In this document: positions 20,119-30,067 of the stretch, in pieces | Layout: the number at the start of each line of letters is the position of its first letter | Position numbering within the stretch: position 1 is the first letter of the stretch | DNA from: an uncultured Actinomycetes bacterium | GTDB taxonomy: Bacteria; SZUA-79; Acidulodesulfobacterales; Acidulodesulfobacteraceae | DNA length: 64,000 nucleotides | Assembly (NCBI GenBank): GCA_964631685.1 | Contig: CAZVZU010000002.1 | Location: 96,001-160,000 of the forward strand | Direction: 5' to 3' | The notes under the pieces: generated by a model | What the model saw: only the letters and a program-made list of their open reading frames with translations | Told to the model about the DNA's origin: nothing | Databases searched by the model: none | Made by a program: the position numbers and the translations under genes

Positions 20119-20844
20119 TTATATTACGCTGTTAATTGCTTCACTTTGTAATTCACTTATTTTTGATACGGCATTTTTTGAAAGTTCGTAAAGCTTGGAA
20201 AGAACATCGAATTCAATAGGAGTTTTTTCGGCACATCCCTGGATCTCAATTATCCTTTTAGACCCTGTTAGAACAAAATTATAATCTAATTCGGCATTGG
20301 AATCCTCCGAATAATCAAGATCAAGTAAAATTTTACCGTTTACGATTCCAATGCTAATTGCCGCAACGGTATCGTAAAACGGCATCTGTTCTATTTTGCC
20401 GCGCTTAATGAGGTTTAAAAACGCCAAATGAGCGGCAACATAGGCACCTGTAATTGAAGCCGTTCTTGTTCCGCCATCTGCGCTTATAACATCACAGTCA
20501 ATCATGATAGTTATATCTGGGAAATCGGCAAAATTGGTCACAGACCTAAGCGACCTACCTATTAGTCTTTGTATTTCCTGAGCCCTTCCGTTAATTCGCC
20601 CTTTTACGGAATCCCTGGGCATTCTGCTTTGAGTGGATCTCGGAAGCATTGAATACTCAGCAGTTAACCATCCCTCACCTTTTTCTCTTAAAAAAGATGG
20701 CACCTTATAGTCTACTGAAGCTGTGCAGATAACCTTGGTATTACCCACCTCGATTAAACACGATCCCTCTGCGTATTTCATATAGCCAGGGGTTATTGTC
20801 GTAAGTCTCATCTCGTCTATTTGCCTACCTTTCTTTCTTGCCAA
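20119..20844 (-). CDS. rph: Ribonuclease PH
   Basis: AEGS, W.TAEY.MLP, EIQRLIGRSLR, DGGTRTA; TTG start with GGAGG RBS. Confidence 0.96.
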   Translation of the reverse strand: MARKKGRQIDEMRLTTITPGYMKYAEGSCLIEVGNTKVICTASVDYKVPSFLREKGEGWLTAEYSMLPRSTQSRMPRDSVKGRINGRAQEIQRLIGRSLRSVTNFADFPDITIMIDCDVISADGGTRTASITGAYVAAHLAFLNLIKRGKIEQMPFYDTVAAISIGIVNGKILLDLDYSEDSNAELDYNFVLTGSKRIIEIQGCAEKTPIEFDVLSKLYELSKNAVSKISELQSEAINSVI

Positions 20845-20919
20845 TATATTTCCTCCGCTTTGACTTTAGCTTGAAAAAACCGATATCTTACCAAACTAAA
20901 GCTATCTTTTATATAAAAC

Positions 20920-21180
20920 TTAATCCCACTTTTTATTTTTAATAAAAAATATATAAAGGTCTTTCAGATTAATCGCATTAAGCAATTTTACATTGACAAG
21001 AGAACACAATGCGGGTATATCATTTAGCAAGGAATGCTTATCTGAAATTACCATTAAAACATCACCTTGATGTAAAATTTTAAGCCTTTGGACGACCGCC
21101 CAAACAGGAGGTCCTCAGCAAAGCCCTCTAATGTCAAGAGGGGTACCGCTATAATAATTTAAGTCGGTTCTAATCTCCAT
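20920..21180 (-). CDS. TusA/SirA-family sulfur carrier, probable selenoprotein (in-frame TGA at codon 22); absent from the ORF track
   Basis: Hand translation MEIRTDLNYYSGTPLDIRGLC(TGA)GPPVWAVVQRLKILHQGDVLMVISDKHSLLNDIPALCSLVNVKLLNAINLKDLYIFFIKNKKWD*; GAGGT RBS; TusA similarity on both sides of the TGA. Confidence 0.85.
21085..21108 (-). promoter_or_regulatory. Bacterial SECIS-like hairpin
   Basis: CCUG-UUUGGGC-[GGUC]-GUCCAAA-GG; the loop starts 17 nt after the UGA at 21117-21115 and begins with GG. Confidence 0.75.
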
Positions 21181-21214
21181 TTTTACCTCTTAAATTAAAA
21201 TTAACTATTCTGTT

Positions 21215-21652
21215 TTAAGTCGCTACCCTAAGCGTTGCATCTAAAATACCGTTAATAAAGGGGGGCGAATCATCATTTCCAAACTTCTTGGCTATCTCCA
21301 CCGATTCATTAATGATAACGCTTTTAGGCGTTTCAGGATGAAATATAGTCTCATAAACCGACAACCTTAAAAGATTCCTATCTATTCTGGACATCCTTTC
21401 TAGTGACCAATTTTTTGATACGGTCCTGATAATATTATCTATCTTTCCTAAATTGAGCAGTGTACCCTGAGAAATATCAAAGAAAAAATCATAAATTTGA
21501 GATATATCCTTTGTAAAACCGTCTCTTATAAGACTTTCTGATGCAAATTCACTATAAAAACTGTTTATTCTTACATGCAGATCTTTTATATCACCATCTG
21601 TTTCGTATAAAAATTGCAACGCAAGTTCCCTTGCTTTTCTTCGCTTTGTCAT
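21215..21652 (-). CDS. nusB: Transcription antitermination factor NusB
   Basis: RRKARELALQ.LY, W.LER...DR..LR, INE.VE.AK.FG, FINGILD. Confidence 0.96.
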   Translation of the reverse strand: MTKRRKARELALQFLYETDGDIKDLHVRINSFYSEFASESLIRDGFTKDISQIYDFFFDISQGTLLNLGKIDNIIRTVSKNWSLERMSRIDRNLLRLSVYETIFHPETPKSVIINESVEIAKKFGNDDSPPFINGILDATLRVAT

Positions 21653-21691
21653 AGAATCTCAAATTAAAACTACATTATAAATGCGTTAAGT

Positions 21692-22171
21692 TTAAACTTT
21701 TTTAAGCCTTAAATAAAGGCTTGCCATTTCAACGGCAGACATTGCAGCATCAAATCCCTTATTTCCCATTTTAGTTCCGGCTCGAGATATTGCTTGTTCA
21801 ATGGATTCTGCTGTTATCATTCCGTAACTAATCGGAATGCCAGAAGTAACGGAAAGCTCTGACAACATCTTGGTAACCTGTGAAGACAAGAGGTCAAAAT
21901 GATTGGTATCGCCCCTTATAAGGGTGCCAAGGCATATAATCGCATCCATTCTCTTAGTATCAACTAATTTTTTGGCCGCCATAGGAAGTTCGAACGCTCC
22001 CGGAACCTTAACTACAGTAATATCACTTACATCTGCACCGGTTCTTGTTAAATAATCCAATGCGCCGTCTAAAAGTTTACTATTGATAAATTCGTTAAAA
22101 CGAGATATGACAATACCAAATTTAAATCCTGCGGCTTTAAGCTCCCCTTCTATCAAATTATAGTCACGCAT
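21692..22171 (-). CDS. ribH: 6,7-dimethyl-8-ribityllumazine synthase
   Basis: SRFN, VPGAFELP, IRG.T.HFD, NKG..AA. Confidence 0.96.
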   Translation of the reverse strand: MRDYNLIEGELKAAGFKFGIVISRFNEFINSKLLDGALDYLTRTGADVSDITVVKVPGAFELPMAAKKLVDTKRMDAIICLGTLIRGDTNHFDLLSSQVTKMLSELSVTSGIPISYGMITAESIEQAISRAGTKMGNKGFDAAMSAVEMASLYLRLKKV

Positions 22172-22218
22172 TCCATACTCCTATGATTTAATTTTATTTA
22201 ATCTAATTTTTCATCTTT

Positions 22219-23424
22219 CTACTTTATCTCTAAAAAATGACCCAACTTTTCTTTCTTTGTTCTTAAATAATGCCTATTGGTATCGTTAGGGCACGTCTCT
22301 ATGGGAATCCTGTCCACCACGCTTAATCCATAACCCTTGAGACCGACTATTTTTTTGGGATTATTGGTCATAAGGCGCATTTTACCCACACCCAAATCCA
22401 CTAATATCTGCGCCCCTACGCCATACTCCCTTAAATCTGCCTTGAATCCCAATTTCTCATTCGCCTCGACCGTGTCATATCCCTCATCCTGCAGATTATA
22501 TGCCTTTAGTTTATTGACAAGACCGATACCCCTACCCTCCTGCATTAAATAGAGAATAACACCCTTGCCCTCTTTGTTTATCATTTCCATTGACGTTTTT
22601 AATTGGTCACCGCAATCGCATCTCTCAGAACCAAATATGTCACCCGTAAGGCATTGTGAGTGAACCCTGACAAGAATAGGCTCGTCTTTATTTATGTCTC
22701 CCTTGACTAACGCTATATGTTCTTTAAAATCTATATCGTTTGAATAAGCTATGACTTTAAATTTCCCGGCAAACTTTGTTGGGATCGAAGACTCTACTAG
22801 TTTCTTAACATGTTTTTCATTCTTAAGCCTATAATTTATTAAATCTTTGACAGTCAATATCTTTATATCATATTTTTTTGAAAACTCTACTAGATCAGGC
22901 ATACGCGCCATAGTTCCATCGTCCTTCATTATCTCACATATAACCCCGTAAGGTTTAGAACCGGCAATACGAGCTATGTCTATTGAGCCCTCGGTTTGAC
23001 CTGTTCTCGTTAAAACTCCCCCATTTTTACCCCTTAGAGGGAAAATATGTCCGGGTTTGACTAAATCGCTTGGCTTTGCATCGTCCTGTATCGCAGTCAA
23101 GATAGTCTTCGCCCTATCGTGAGCTGAAATACCAGTCGTCACACCCTCCCTTGCCTCTATTGACACTGTAAACGCCGTGGTAAACTTAGACTCATTATTG
23201 ATAACCATAGGTGACAAATCCAAGCTATCCGCCTTTTCTTCGGTTAACGTCAAACAGATTAATCCCCTTGCTTGCTTTGTCATAAAGTTTATTATTTCAG
23301 GGGTAACATGCTCCGCTGAGACTACAATATCGCCTTCGTTTTCCCTGTCCTCATCGTCGACAAGTATAATCATCTTGCCTGCCTTTATATCCCGCGCCGC
23401 TTCCTCAACTGTGGCTAAATCCAT
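22219..23424 (-). CDS. ribBA: DHBP synthase / GTP cyclohydrolase II
   Basis: DDEDRENEGD, PGHIFPL, RVHSQCLTGD, CDCG.QL, QEGRGIGL. Confidence 0.97.
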   Translation of the reverse strand: MDLATVEEAARDIKAGKMIILVDDEDRENEGDIVVSAEHVTPEIINFMTKQARGLICLTLTEEKADSLDLSPMVINNESKFTTAFTVSIEAREGVTTGISAHDRAKTILTAIQDDAKPSDLVKPGHIFPLRGKNGGVLTRTGQTEGSIDIARIAGSKPYGVICEIMKDDGTMARMPDLVEFSKKYDIKILTVKDLINYRLKNEKHVKKLVESSIPTKFAGKFKVIAYSNDIDFKEHIALVKGDINKDEPILVRVHSQCLTGDIFGSERCDCGDQLKTSMEMINKEGKGVILYLMQEGRGIGLVNKLKAYNLQDEGYDTVEANEKLGFKADLREYGVGAQILVDLGVGKMRLMTNNPKKIVGLKGYGLSVVDRIPIETCPNDTNRHYLRTKKEKLGHFLEIK

Positions 23425-23482
23425 AAAATTTTTTCACCTCTTATATGCTACATATTATGTTTAAATTTATTAGAATAATGTG

Positions 23483-24187
23483 TTACAGATAACCGTTGTC
23501 GGCCAAAAATTTATGTGTTATTACATGCTTCACCTTATTACCCGAATCAGATGAGCTTAAAAAACGTCTCGATAGAGATCTTCCGGGCTCATGCTTAAGA
23601 ATATCATCTACCCTTTTTACTATTGTTTTTTCTAAAATATCCGATTCAAGATTAACGTAATCCCCGACCTTCTTAGCGCTCAGATTTGTTTCATTATATG
23701 TTACCGGTATTATACTTACAGAAAAAACACCACCTTTCAATTCGTTAACGGTTAAACTGATACCATCAATGGCTATAGAACCCTTTCTTACCACATATTC
23801 TGCAAAATCATCGTTCACCGTACTGAAAATTTTTATTTCTACAATAATAGAATTGCCGACCGGTTTTTTAGTTATAATTCTACCTATTCCGTCAATATGA
23901 CCAAGCACAAAATGACCCGAAATATCAGAATTTGACTGAAGAGCGGGTTCAATATTAACTTTTTCGCCTATTTTAAAATATTTTAAAGTGGATGCCTTAT
24001 AAGTTTCCGGCGTAAAATCAAAAAATAATTCTTGCCGATTAAACCTTTTGACCGTCAAACACAGTCCGTTTACAGCAATGCTCTGCCCAACATACGCATC
24101 TTTTCCGGTTAAGGGGGCAAGGATTGATAGATCACCATTGCTCATTGATTTAACAACACCTTTTTCTTTTATTATCCCGGTAAACAT
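23483..24187 (-). CDS. ribE: Riboflavin synthase (alpha chain)
   Basis: MFTGII start, NG.CLTV, GH.V.GH.D, KGSIAIDGISLTV. Confidence 0.95.
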   Translation of the reverse strand: MFTGIIKEKGVVKSMSNGDLSILAPLTGKDAYVGQSIAVNGLCLTVKRFNRQELFFDFTPETYKASTLKYFKIGEKVNIEPALQSNSDISGHFVLGHIDGIGRIITKKPVGNSIIVEIKIFSTVNDDFAEYVVRKGSIAIDGISLTVNELKGGVFSVSIIPVTYNETNLSAKKVGDYVNLESDILEKTIVKRVDDILKHEPGRSLSRRFLSSSDSGNKVKHVITHKFLADNGYL

Positions 24188-24230
24188 ATAACCACCAAAA
24201 ACAATATTTTACTTACATCCATTCTATTCA

Positions 24231-25385
24231 TTATGTATAATTCAAAGAATATGTCAAGAAAACATCATTATCTATTTTTTCCGTATTTAAATCGCAAAAA
24301 TTAAAAATACGCTCATTTTTTAAATCAAAACCCTCAAACAAGCTTACTGCGCTATCTTTGCATCCTAAAATGTAAGGGGTAATATTGAGAATCAACTTAT
24401 CGCAAAGCCCCTCGCTAATCAGTGAATTAAAAAGATTAGGCCCAGCTTCCACAAGCACATTTATTATTTTAAGCTCAGTACATATTTTAAACACTTCTTT
24501 TAAATTTAAAAATTTATTGCAACCGATATTATTATAATGCACATTTTTCACAATTGCACCCTTTTCTTCCATGAGTATTTTTTTTTTATTCTTTGCGTCA
24601 TCGTAATTAGTGGATGTAAATATTAATGGCGTGCCGTAAGTATCAAACAACCTTGACTCTAGAGGTATTGATAGATTTGAATCTAAAATTATTTTAAAAT
24701 ATTTTTTGTTCAAAAATTTATTTTGTACATCCCCGTCTTTTATTCTGACGTCCAACATCGGATCGTCATTTATAACTGTTTTGGACGAAACCATTATTGC
24801 GTCATTGAGTAACCTCAAATAATGCGTGCGTTCTAAGGATTTTTTTGAGGAAATATATGACTTTTTTCCGTTACCTCTATATCCTATTTTGCCATCTATG
24901 GTTATTGCTTCTTTGACTGTTATAAAGGGAAAACCAGTCTTTATATATTTAAAAAATACCTCGTTAAGCTTTTTAGCCTCATCCTCGCAAATCCCATAAG
25001 TTACATCAATACCGTTATTTCGCAAATAATCGAAACCCTTTCCGGATACCATTGGATTTGGATCCTTTATAGCCGCCACAACCCTTTTAACTCCATGTTT
25101 TTTAAGTGCATGAACACAGGGAGGAGTTTTACCGAAATGACTGCAAGGTTCTAAATTTACATAGACGGTAGCATCTTTAGCTTTTATACCTGCTCTTTTT
25201 AATGCCACTATCTCGGCATGAGGCTGACCGGCTTTCTCATGGTAACCATATCCTACCATAGAACCATTTTTGACTACAAGTGCACCAACCATAGGGTTGG
25301 GAGAAGTAAATCCCTCTGCTTTTTTTGCCAGATCAAAGGTTTGACGGATAAAATATTCATCAATGCCTTTATTTTTGTCATTCAT
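24231..25385 (-). CDS. ribD: Riboflavin deaminase/reductase
   Basis: PNPMVG, HAE, LEPC.H.G.TPPC, DPNP, C-terminal reductase domain. Confidence 0.95.
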   Translation of the reverse strand: MNDKNKGIDEYFIRQTFDLAKKAEGFTSPNPMVGALVVKNGSMVGYGYHEKAGQPHAEIVALKRAGIKAKDATVYVNLEPCSHFGKTPPCVHALKKHGVKRVVAAIKDPNPMVSGKGFDYLRNNGIDVTYGICEDEAKKLNEVFFKYIKTGFPFITVKEAITIDGKIGYRGNGKKSYISSKKSLERTHYLRLLNDAIMVSSKTVINDDPMLDVRIKDGDVQNKFLNKKYFKIILDSNLSIPLESRLFDTYGTPLIFTSTNYDDAKNKKKILMEEKGAIVKNVHYNNIGCNKFLNLKEVFKICTELKIINVLVEAGPNLFNSLISEGLCDKLILNITPYILGCKDSAVSLFEGFDLKNERIFNFCDLNTEKIDNDVFLTYSLNYT

Positions 25386-25406
25386 AAGAATTTGGAAGGA
25401 AATATT

Positions 25407-25865
25407 TTACGACTGCTTTTTAATAAGTTCGGAAACATGCTCATAAAGCTCGTTAATGTCTTTAAACGAAAGATACACGGAAGCAAAACGAACATAGCTT
25501 ATCGCATCTAGGTTCTTTAATTTGCCGAGGACAAACTTTCCTACATCCTCACTTTTTATCTCCTTTGAATTAGTTTCATCTATCCATGCCTCCGCAGATT
25601 GAACTATCTCTTCGATACTACGGTACGGAACAGGTCTTTTTTCACAAGCATTCATGAGTCCGTTTAATATTTTTTGTCCATCGAAAGACTCCCTTCGCCC
25701 ATCTTTTTTAATTATAAGGGGGGATAAAACAACTATTGTCTCTAATGTAGAAAATTTCTTTCCGCAAACATTACAATGCCTTCTTCGTCTTGTCAGCTTT
25801 GCATCTTTTGAAACTCTTGAATCGACAACTTTATCATCGTCATTGAAACAAAAAGGGCACCTCAT
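25407..25865 (-). CDS. nrdR: Transcriptional repressor NrdR (start revised to MRCPFC)
   Basis: CPFC...VVDSR...RRRR.C..C zinc ribbon plus ATP cone, YVRFASVY. Confidence 0.95.
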   Translation of the reverse strand: MRCPFCFNDDDKVVDSRVSKDAKLTRRRRHCNVCGKKFSTLETIVVLSPLIIKKDGRRESFDGQKILNGLMNACEKRPVPYRSIEEIVQSAEAWIDETNSKEIKSEDVGKFVLGKLKNLDAISYVRFASVYLSFKDINELYEHVSELIKKQS

Positions 25866-25891
25866 ATATTCAGGATTAATAAAGGTTTTAA

Positions 25892-27130
25892 TCAATAAAG
25901 AGGAAACTTATCACACAAAAGCTTTACCCCTTCTTTTACGTTGTCTTCCACTGATTCATCGCCCGGATTATGTAAAATATCAGATATAAGCGCACCTATT
26001 TTTATCATCTCATCCTCTTTCATTCCCCTTGTGGTTACCGCTGGCGTTCCAATCCTTATTCCGCTGGTCACGAATGGAGATCTTTCATCAAAAGGAACCT
26101 TATTTTTATTGACTGTAATGCCAACATTATCCAAAAGAGACTCTGCCTGTTTACCCGTCATTTCGGATTTCCTAAAATCAATGAGCATAAGATGGTTATC
26201 GGTACCACCCGATATTAATTCAAATCCATTATTTTTAAGGGCACTCGCCAAAGTGACGGCATTGGCAACCACCTGCCTTTGATAATCATTAAAATCATCC
26301 GTCAATGCCTCTCTGAAAGCTACGGCCTTTGCTGCTATTACATGTTCAAGCGGTCCACCCTGAATTCCAGGAAAAATTGCCGAGTTTAGGGCTTTTTCAT
26401 ATTTGGCCTTTGCCATTATAACGCCACCCCGCGGGCCTCTCAGTGTTTTGTGCGTTGTTGTCGTTACAAAATCGGCATACGGAATCGGGCTTGGATGAAT
26501 ACCTGCCGCCACTAAACCGGCTATATGCGCCATATCAACCATAAGATAGCATCCGACTTCATCCGCAATATCCCTAAATTTTTTAAAGTCTATAACCCTC
26601 GGATAAGCACTCGCTCCCGCTATTATCATCTTTGGGCTATTATCCTTTGCAATCTTTCTTAATGCATCATAATCCAAGGTCTCAGTATCTTTATTTACAC
26701 CGTATGAAACAACATTAAAATATTTCCCAGAAAAATTTACAGGGCTTCCATGCGTAAGATGCCCACCATGCGACAAATCCATACCCAAAATCGTATCACC
26801 CGGATTTAAAAAAGCATAAAAAATAGCCATATTCGCCTGCGAACCGGAATGGGGCTGTACATTAACATATTCAGCCTTAAATATCTCCTTGACTCTATCA
26901 ATGGCAATCTGTTCAATGCTGTCTACATACCTACATCCGCCATAATATCTTTTTTTTGGATAACCCTCGGCATATTTATTGGTCAAAACTGAGCCTTGCG
27001 CCTCCATGACGGCTTTTGAAACAAAGTTTTCAGAAGCTATAAGCTCTATAGATTGTCTCTGTCTATCAAGCTCCATACCTATGAAATTAAAAACCTCGTT
27101 ATCTACTTCATTTAGACCTTTGATATCCAA
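25892..27130 (-). CDS. glyA: Serine hydroxymethyltransferase
   Basis: [34 protein letters not shown]. Confidence 0.98.
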   Translation of the reverse strand: MDIKGLNEVDNEVFNFIGMELDRQRQSIELIASENFVSKAVMEAQGSVLTNKYAEGYPKKRYYGGCRYVDSIEQIAIDRVKEIFKAEYVNVQPHSGSQANMAIFYAFLNPGDTILGMDLSHGGHLTHGSPVNFSGKYFNVVSYGVNKDTETLDYDALRKIAKDNSPKMIIAGASAYPRVIDFKKFRDIADEVGCYLMVDMAHIAGLVAAGIHPSPIPYADFVTTTTHKTLRGPRGGVIMAKAKYEKALNSAIFPGIQGGPLEHVIAAKAVAFREALTDDFNDYQRQVVANAVTLASALKNNGFELISGGTDNHLMLIDFRKSEMTGKQAESLLDNVGITVNKNKVPFDERSPFVTSGIRIGTPAVTTRGMKEDEMIKIGALISDILHNPGDESVEDNVKEGVKLLCDKFPLY

Positions 27131-27190
27131 TTTGTTTCACCAATAAGTTAAATTTCATTTTATCGATATTATTCATATTCATTTATACTT

Positions 27191-27643
27191 TTAAACCTTT
27201 AATTTTTCCATATAAGTAATCTTTGCGATTCTATTCCCATGCCTACCGCCCTCAAATTTAAAAGACATAAATTTATCGATATACCTTACAGCCTCCACAG
27301 GCGTAGTGGTTCTACTTCCCAAGGTTATAATATTAGCATCATTGTGTTTTTTGGCAAACTCCGCGGCATATTCGTTGTAAGTCAACGCCGCTCTGATTCC
27401 ATCTATTTTATTTGCGGCTATCTCCATCCCAATACCAGTCCCGCATATAAGGATACCGAAAGAACCTTCATCGTCATCATTCTTTACTTTTTCGGCAACC
27501 TTCAGGGCATAATCGGGATAATCAACGCTTTTTGATGAATTAGTCCCCAAGTCAAGACATTCAATTCCCCTTTCCTTAAAATAGTTTTTTATGAACAATT
27601 TCAACTCCAACCCTGCATGATCAGAACCTAAATATACCATCAT
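27191..27643 (-). CDS. rpiB: Ribose-5-phosphate isomerase B (start likely overlaps the fabF stop)
   Basis: GSDHAG, SVDYPD, CGTGIG, HNDAN, FEGGRH. Confidence 0.95.
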   Translation of the reverse strand: MMVYLGSDHAGLELKLFIKNYFKERGIECLDLGTNSSKSVDYPDYALKVAEKVKNDDDEGSFGILICGTGIGMEIAANKIDGIRAALTYNEYAAEFAKKHNDANIITLGSRTTTPVEAVRYIDKFMSFKFEGGRHGNRIAKITYMEKLKV

Positions 27644-28905
27644 TACACAGTCTCCTGCCATTTTTTAAACACCAATGTGGCATTGGTCCCGCCGAAACCA
27701 AAAGAGTTGGATATCGCATATCTCACGTCCGCCTTCTGCATGACATTTGGAACATAATCCAAATCACACTTCTCATCAGGCTCCACTAAATTTATTGTAG
27801 GAGGTATTATTCCCGTATCAATCGTCAAAACCGTAGCAACAGCCTCTATACCACCAGCGGCCCCAAGGGCATGCCCTAACATTGACTTTATAGAACTAAT
27901 TTTGAGCCCCTTAGCCTTATCCATAAAAAGCCTTTTTATGGCAATGGTTTCATTTAGATCATTGTAATATGTGGATGTTCCATGAGCATTCACATAGTCT
28001 ACATCATCTAATGAGAGTCCTGCGTCCTCTATGGCATTTTTCATGCTGTAATATGCGCCTTCCGCATTGGGATCCGGAGTAGATAGATGATAAGCGTCGG
28101 AAGACATGCCATACCCTATAATTTCAGCAAATATTTTTGCTCCTCTATCTATCGCACTATTCATCTCCTCAAGAATAACAATGCCGGAACCTTCACTAAC
28201 TACAAAACCGTCCCTTCCGTTATCAAAAGGCCTCGATGCCTTTGCCGGTTCATTGTTCCGTACAGATAGTGCTTTCATTGCATTAAAACCCGCTATGCAA
28301 AGTGGAGAAACTGTGGCCTCTGCCCCACCCGCTATCATGGCATCAGCATCTCCTCTTGCTATTATTCTATACGCATCTCCAATAGAATTGGTACCCGTAG
28401 AACAGGCTGAAACTGTGCTGGCATTGGGTCCTCTAGCACCGGTCATTATGGAAACCTGACCCGGAGCAAGATTTATTAAAAGCATAGGTATAAAAAACGG
28501 TGAAACCCTTCTGGGACCACCCTCCATAAGCATTGTATGGTATCTTTCAATAGTCGTAAGCCCGCCGATTCCCGCACCTATCCAAACCCCAACCTTGTGA
28601 GCATTGGAGTCCGTGATTTTGAGCCCAGACATATCAAGAGCCATCTTAGAACAAGCATAAGCATAGTGGATAAATCGATCCATTTTTTTAATTTCTTTTT
28701 TATCTATAAAGTCCCCGGGATTAAAGTCTTTTACCTCACCCGCTATCTTAGTCGCGTAGGCTTCCGTATCAAACTTGGTAATTGGACCTACACCGCTCGC
28801 ACCGTTTATCATATTATTCCACGAGGTTTTCGCATCATTACCCAATGCCGTAATCATAGAAAACCCCGTAATAACAACCCTTCTCTCTCGCCCAACACTT
28901 GTCAT
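27643..28905 (-). CDS. fabF: 3-oxoacyl-ACP synthase II
   Basis: SACSTG, NAHGTST, KSM.GH.LGAAG, SNSFGFGG. Confidence 0.97.
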   Translation of the reverse strand: MTSVGRERRVVITGFSMITALGNDAKTSWNNMINGASGVGPITKFDTEAYATKIAGEVKDFNPGDFIDKKEIKKMDRFIHYAYACSKMALDMSGLKITDSNAHKVGVWIGAGIGGLTTIERYHTMLMEGGPRRVSPFFIPMLLINLAPGQVSIMTGARGPNASTVSACSTGTNSIGDAYRIIARGDADAMIAGGAEATVSPLCIAGFNAMKALSVRNNEPAKASRPFDNGRDGFVVSEGSGIVILEEMNSAIDRGAKIFAEIIGYGMSSDAYHLSTPDPNAEGAYYSMKNAIEDAGLSLDDVDYVNAHGTSTYYNDLNETIAIKRLFMDKAKGLKISSIKSMLGHALGAAGGIEAVATVLTIDTGIIPPTINLVEPDEKCDLDYVPNVMQKADVRYAISNSFGFGGTNATLVFKKWQETV

Positions 28906-28960
28906 AGCATAAACCTAATATAATCTATATTATAATTATTGTAACAATAAAGATGACAAA

Positions 28961-29194
28961 TTATTTTATATGTTCATCGATATATGAAACAGCATCCTGA
29001 ACTGTCTTAATCTTTTCCGCATCCTCATCGGATATTTCAATACCAAACTCTTCCTCGAAAGCCATGACCAATTCTACCGTATCTAAGGAATCCGCGCCAA
29101 GGTCGTCCACGAATGAAGCCACGCTCGTAACCTCGTCGGGAGTAACTCCAAACTGCTCAACAATTATTTCTTTAACCTTTTTTTCTACAGACAT
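28961..29194 (-). CDS. acpP: Acyl carrier protein
   Basis: [14 protein letters not shown]. Confidence 0.98.
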   Translation of the reverse strand: MSVEKKVKEIIVEQFGVTPDEVTSVASFVDDLGADSLDTVELVMAFEEEFGIEISDEDAEKIKTVQDAVSYIDEHIK

Positions 29195-29268
29195 CTATTT
29201 TCACCCCCTCTTGTAATCTAAACTCACAAAATTAATGAATAATATTAATACCGACAAATCTCAAACAA

Positions 29269-30033
29269 TTACATAAACATTCCACCATTCACATCTATAA
29301 CCGATCCCGTAACATAATCTGACAAAACAGATGATAGGAAAAGCACCGCATTCGAAACATCAACAGGGTCGCCGATACGTTTAAGCGGGATACCTTTTTT
29401 TATTTCATCTTTTATATCACCGGACAGCCCGTCTGTCATAGCCGATTTTATAAAACCTGGAGAAACGACATTCGCAACTATCCCCCTTGCAGCATACTCT
29501 TTAGCAATAGATTTGGTGAAGGCAATAATTCCCGCCTTCGTTGCCGCATAATTTGACTGGCCTGCGTTACCTATCTCACCGATTACCGATGCAATATTAA
29601 TCACCCTGCCGCTTCTAGCCTTTACCATATATTTCAGCACATTTTTAGTGACGTAAAACAACCCGTTTAAATTTACGTCCATCACATTAAGCCAATCCTC
29701 ATCGCTCATTCTTATAAGCAAAGAATCTTTAACGATGCCTGCATTATTAATGAGTATATCTATCCTAGACTCTTTTACTATAATTCTTTGGATAACATCG
29801 ACCACATCTTTAGAGTTTCTTATATCAAGTGCATAAAAGTCAACTTCATTAGAAATATTTTTGAGTTCATCCCTGATATTTAGAAATTTATCATAAGTCT
29901 TACCTAAAATTATAACCCTTGCCCCAGCCAAAAGCTGAGTTTTAACTATAGACAATCCAATTCCAGCGTATCCGCCTGTAACAACCGATACTTTTCCGCT
30001 TAGATTTATACAATAAGACATGGTAATAATCAA
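29269..30033 (-). CDS. fabG: 3-oxoacyl-ACP reductase (start may be ATG 30021)
   Basis: TGG..GIG, NNAGI, GNAGQ.NYAATKAG; fab operon context. Confidence 0.93.
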   Translation of the reverse strand: MIITMSYCINLSGKVSVVTGGYAGIGLSIVKTQLLAGARVIILGKTYDKFLNIRDELKNISNEVDFYALDIRNSKDVVDVIQRIIVKESRIDILINNAGIVKDSLLIRMSDEDWLNVMDVNLNGLFYVTKNVLKYMVKARSGRVINIASVIGEIGNAGQSNYAATKAGIIAFTKSIAKEYAARGIVANVVSPGFIKSAMTDGLSGDIKDEIKKGIPLKRIGDPVDVSNAVLFLSSVLSDYVTGSVIDVNGGMFM

Positions 30034-30067
30034 CCTAAATATAAAATATTATTTTATCGCCCTTTAG

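Noticed and set aside
20920..21180. Reading the TusA-like frame as a nonsense pseudogene
   Set aside because: The only stop is TGA at the catalytic Cys position, the RBS and both halves are intact, and a SECIS-like hairpin follows; Sec recoding fits better, though it is unproven
24188..25410. FMN riboswitch for the rib genes
   Set aside because: Intergenic gaps are under 60 bp and no RFN consensus is present
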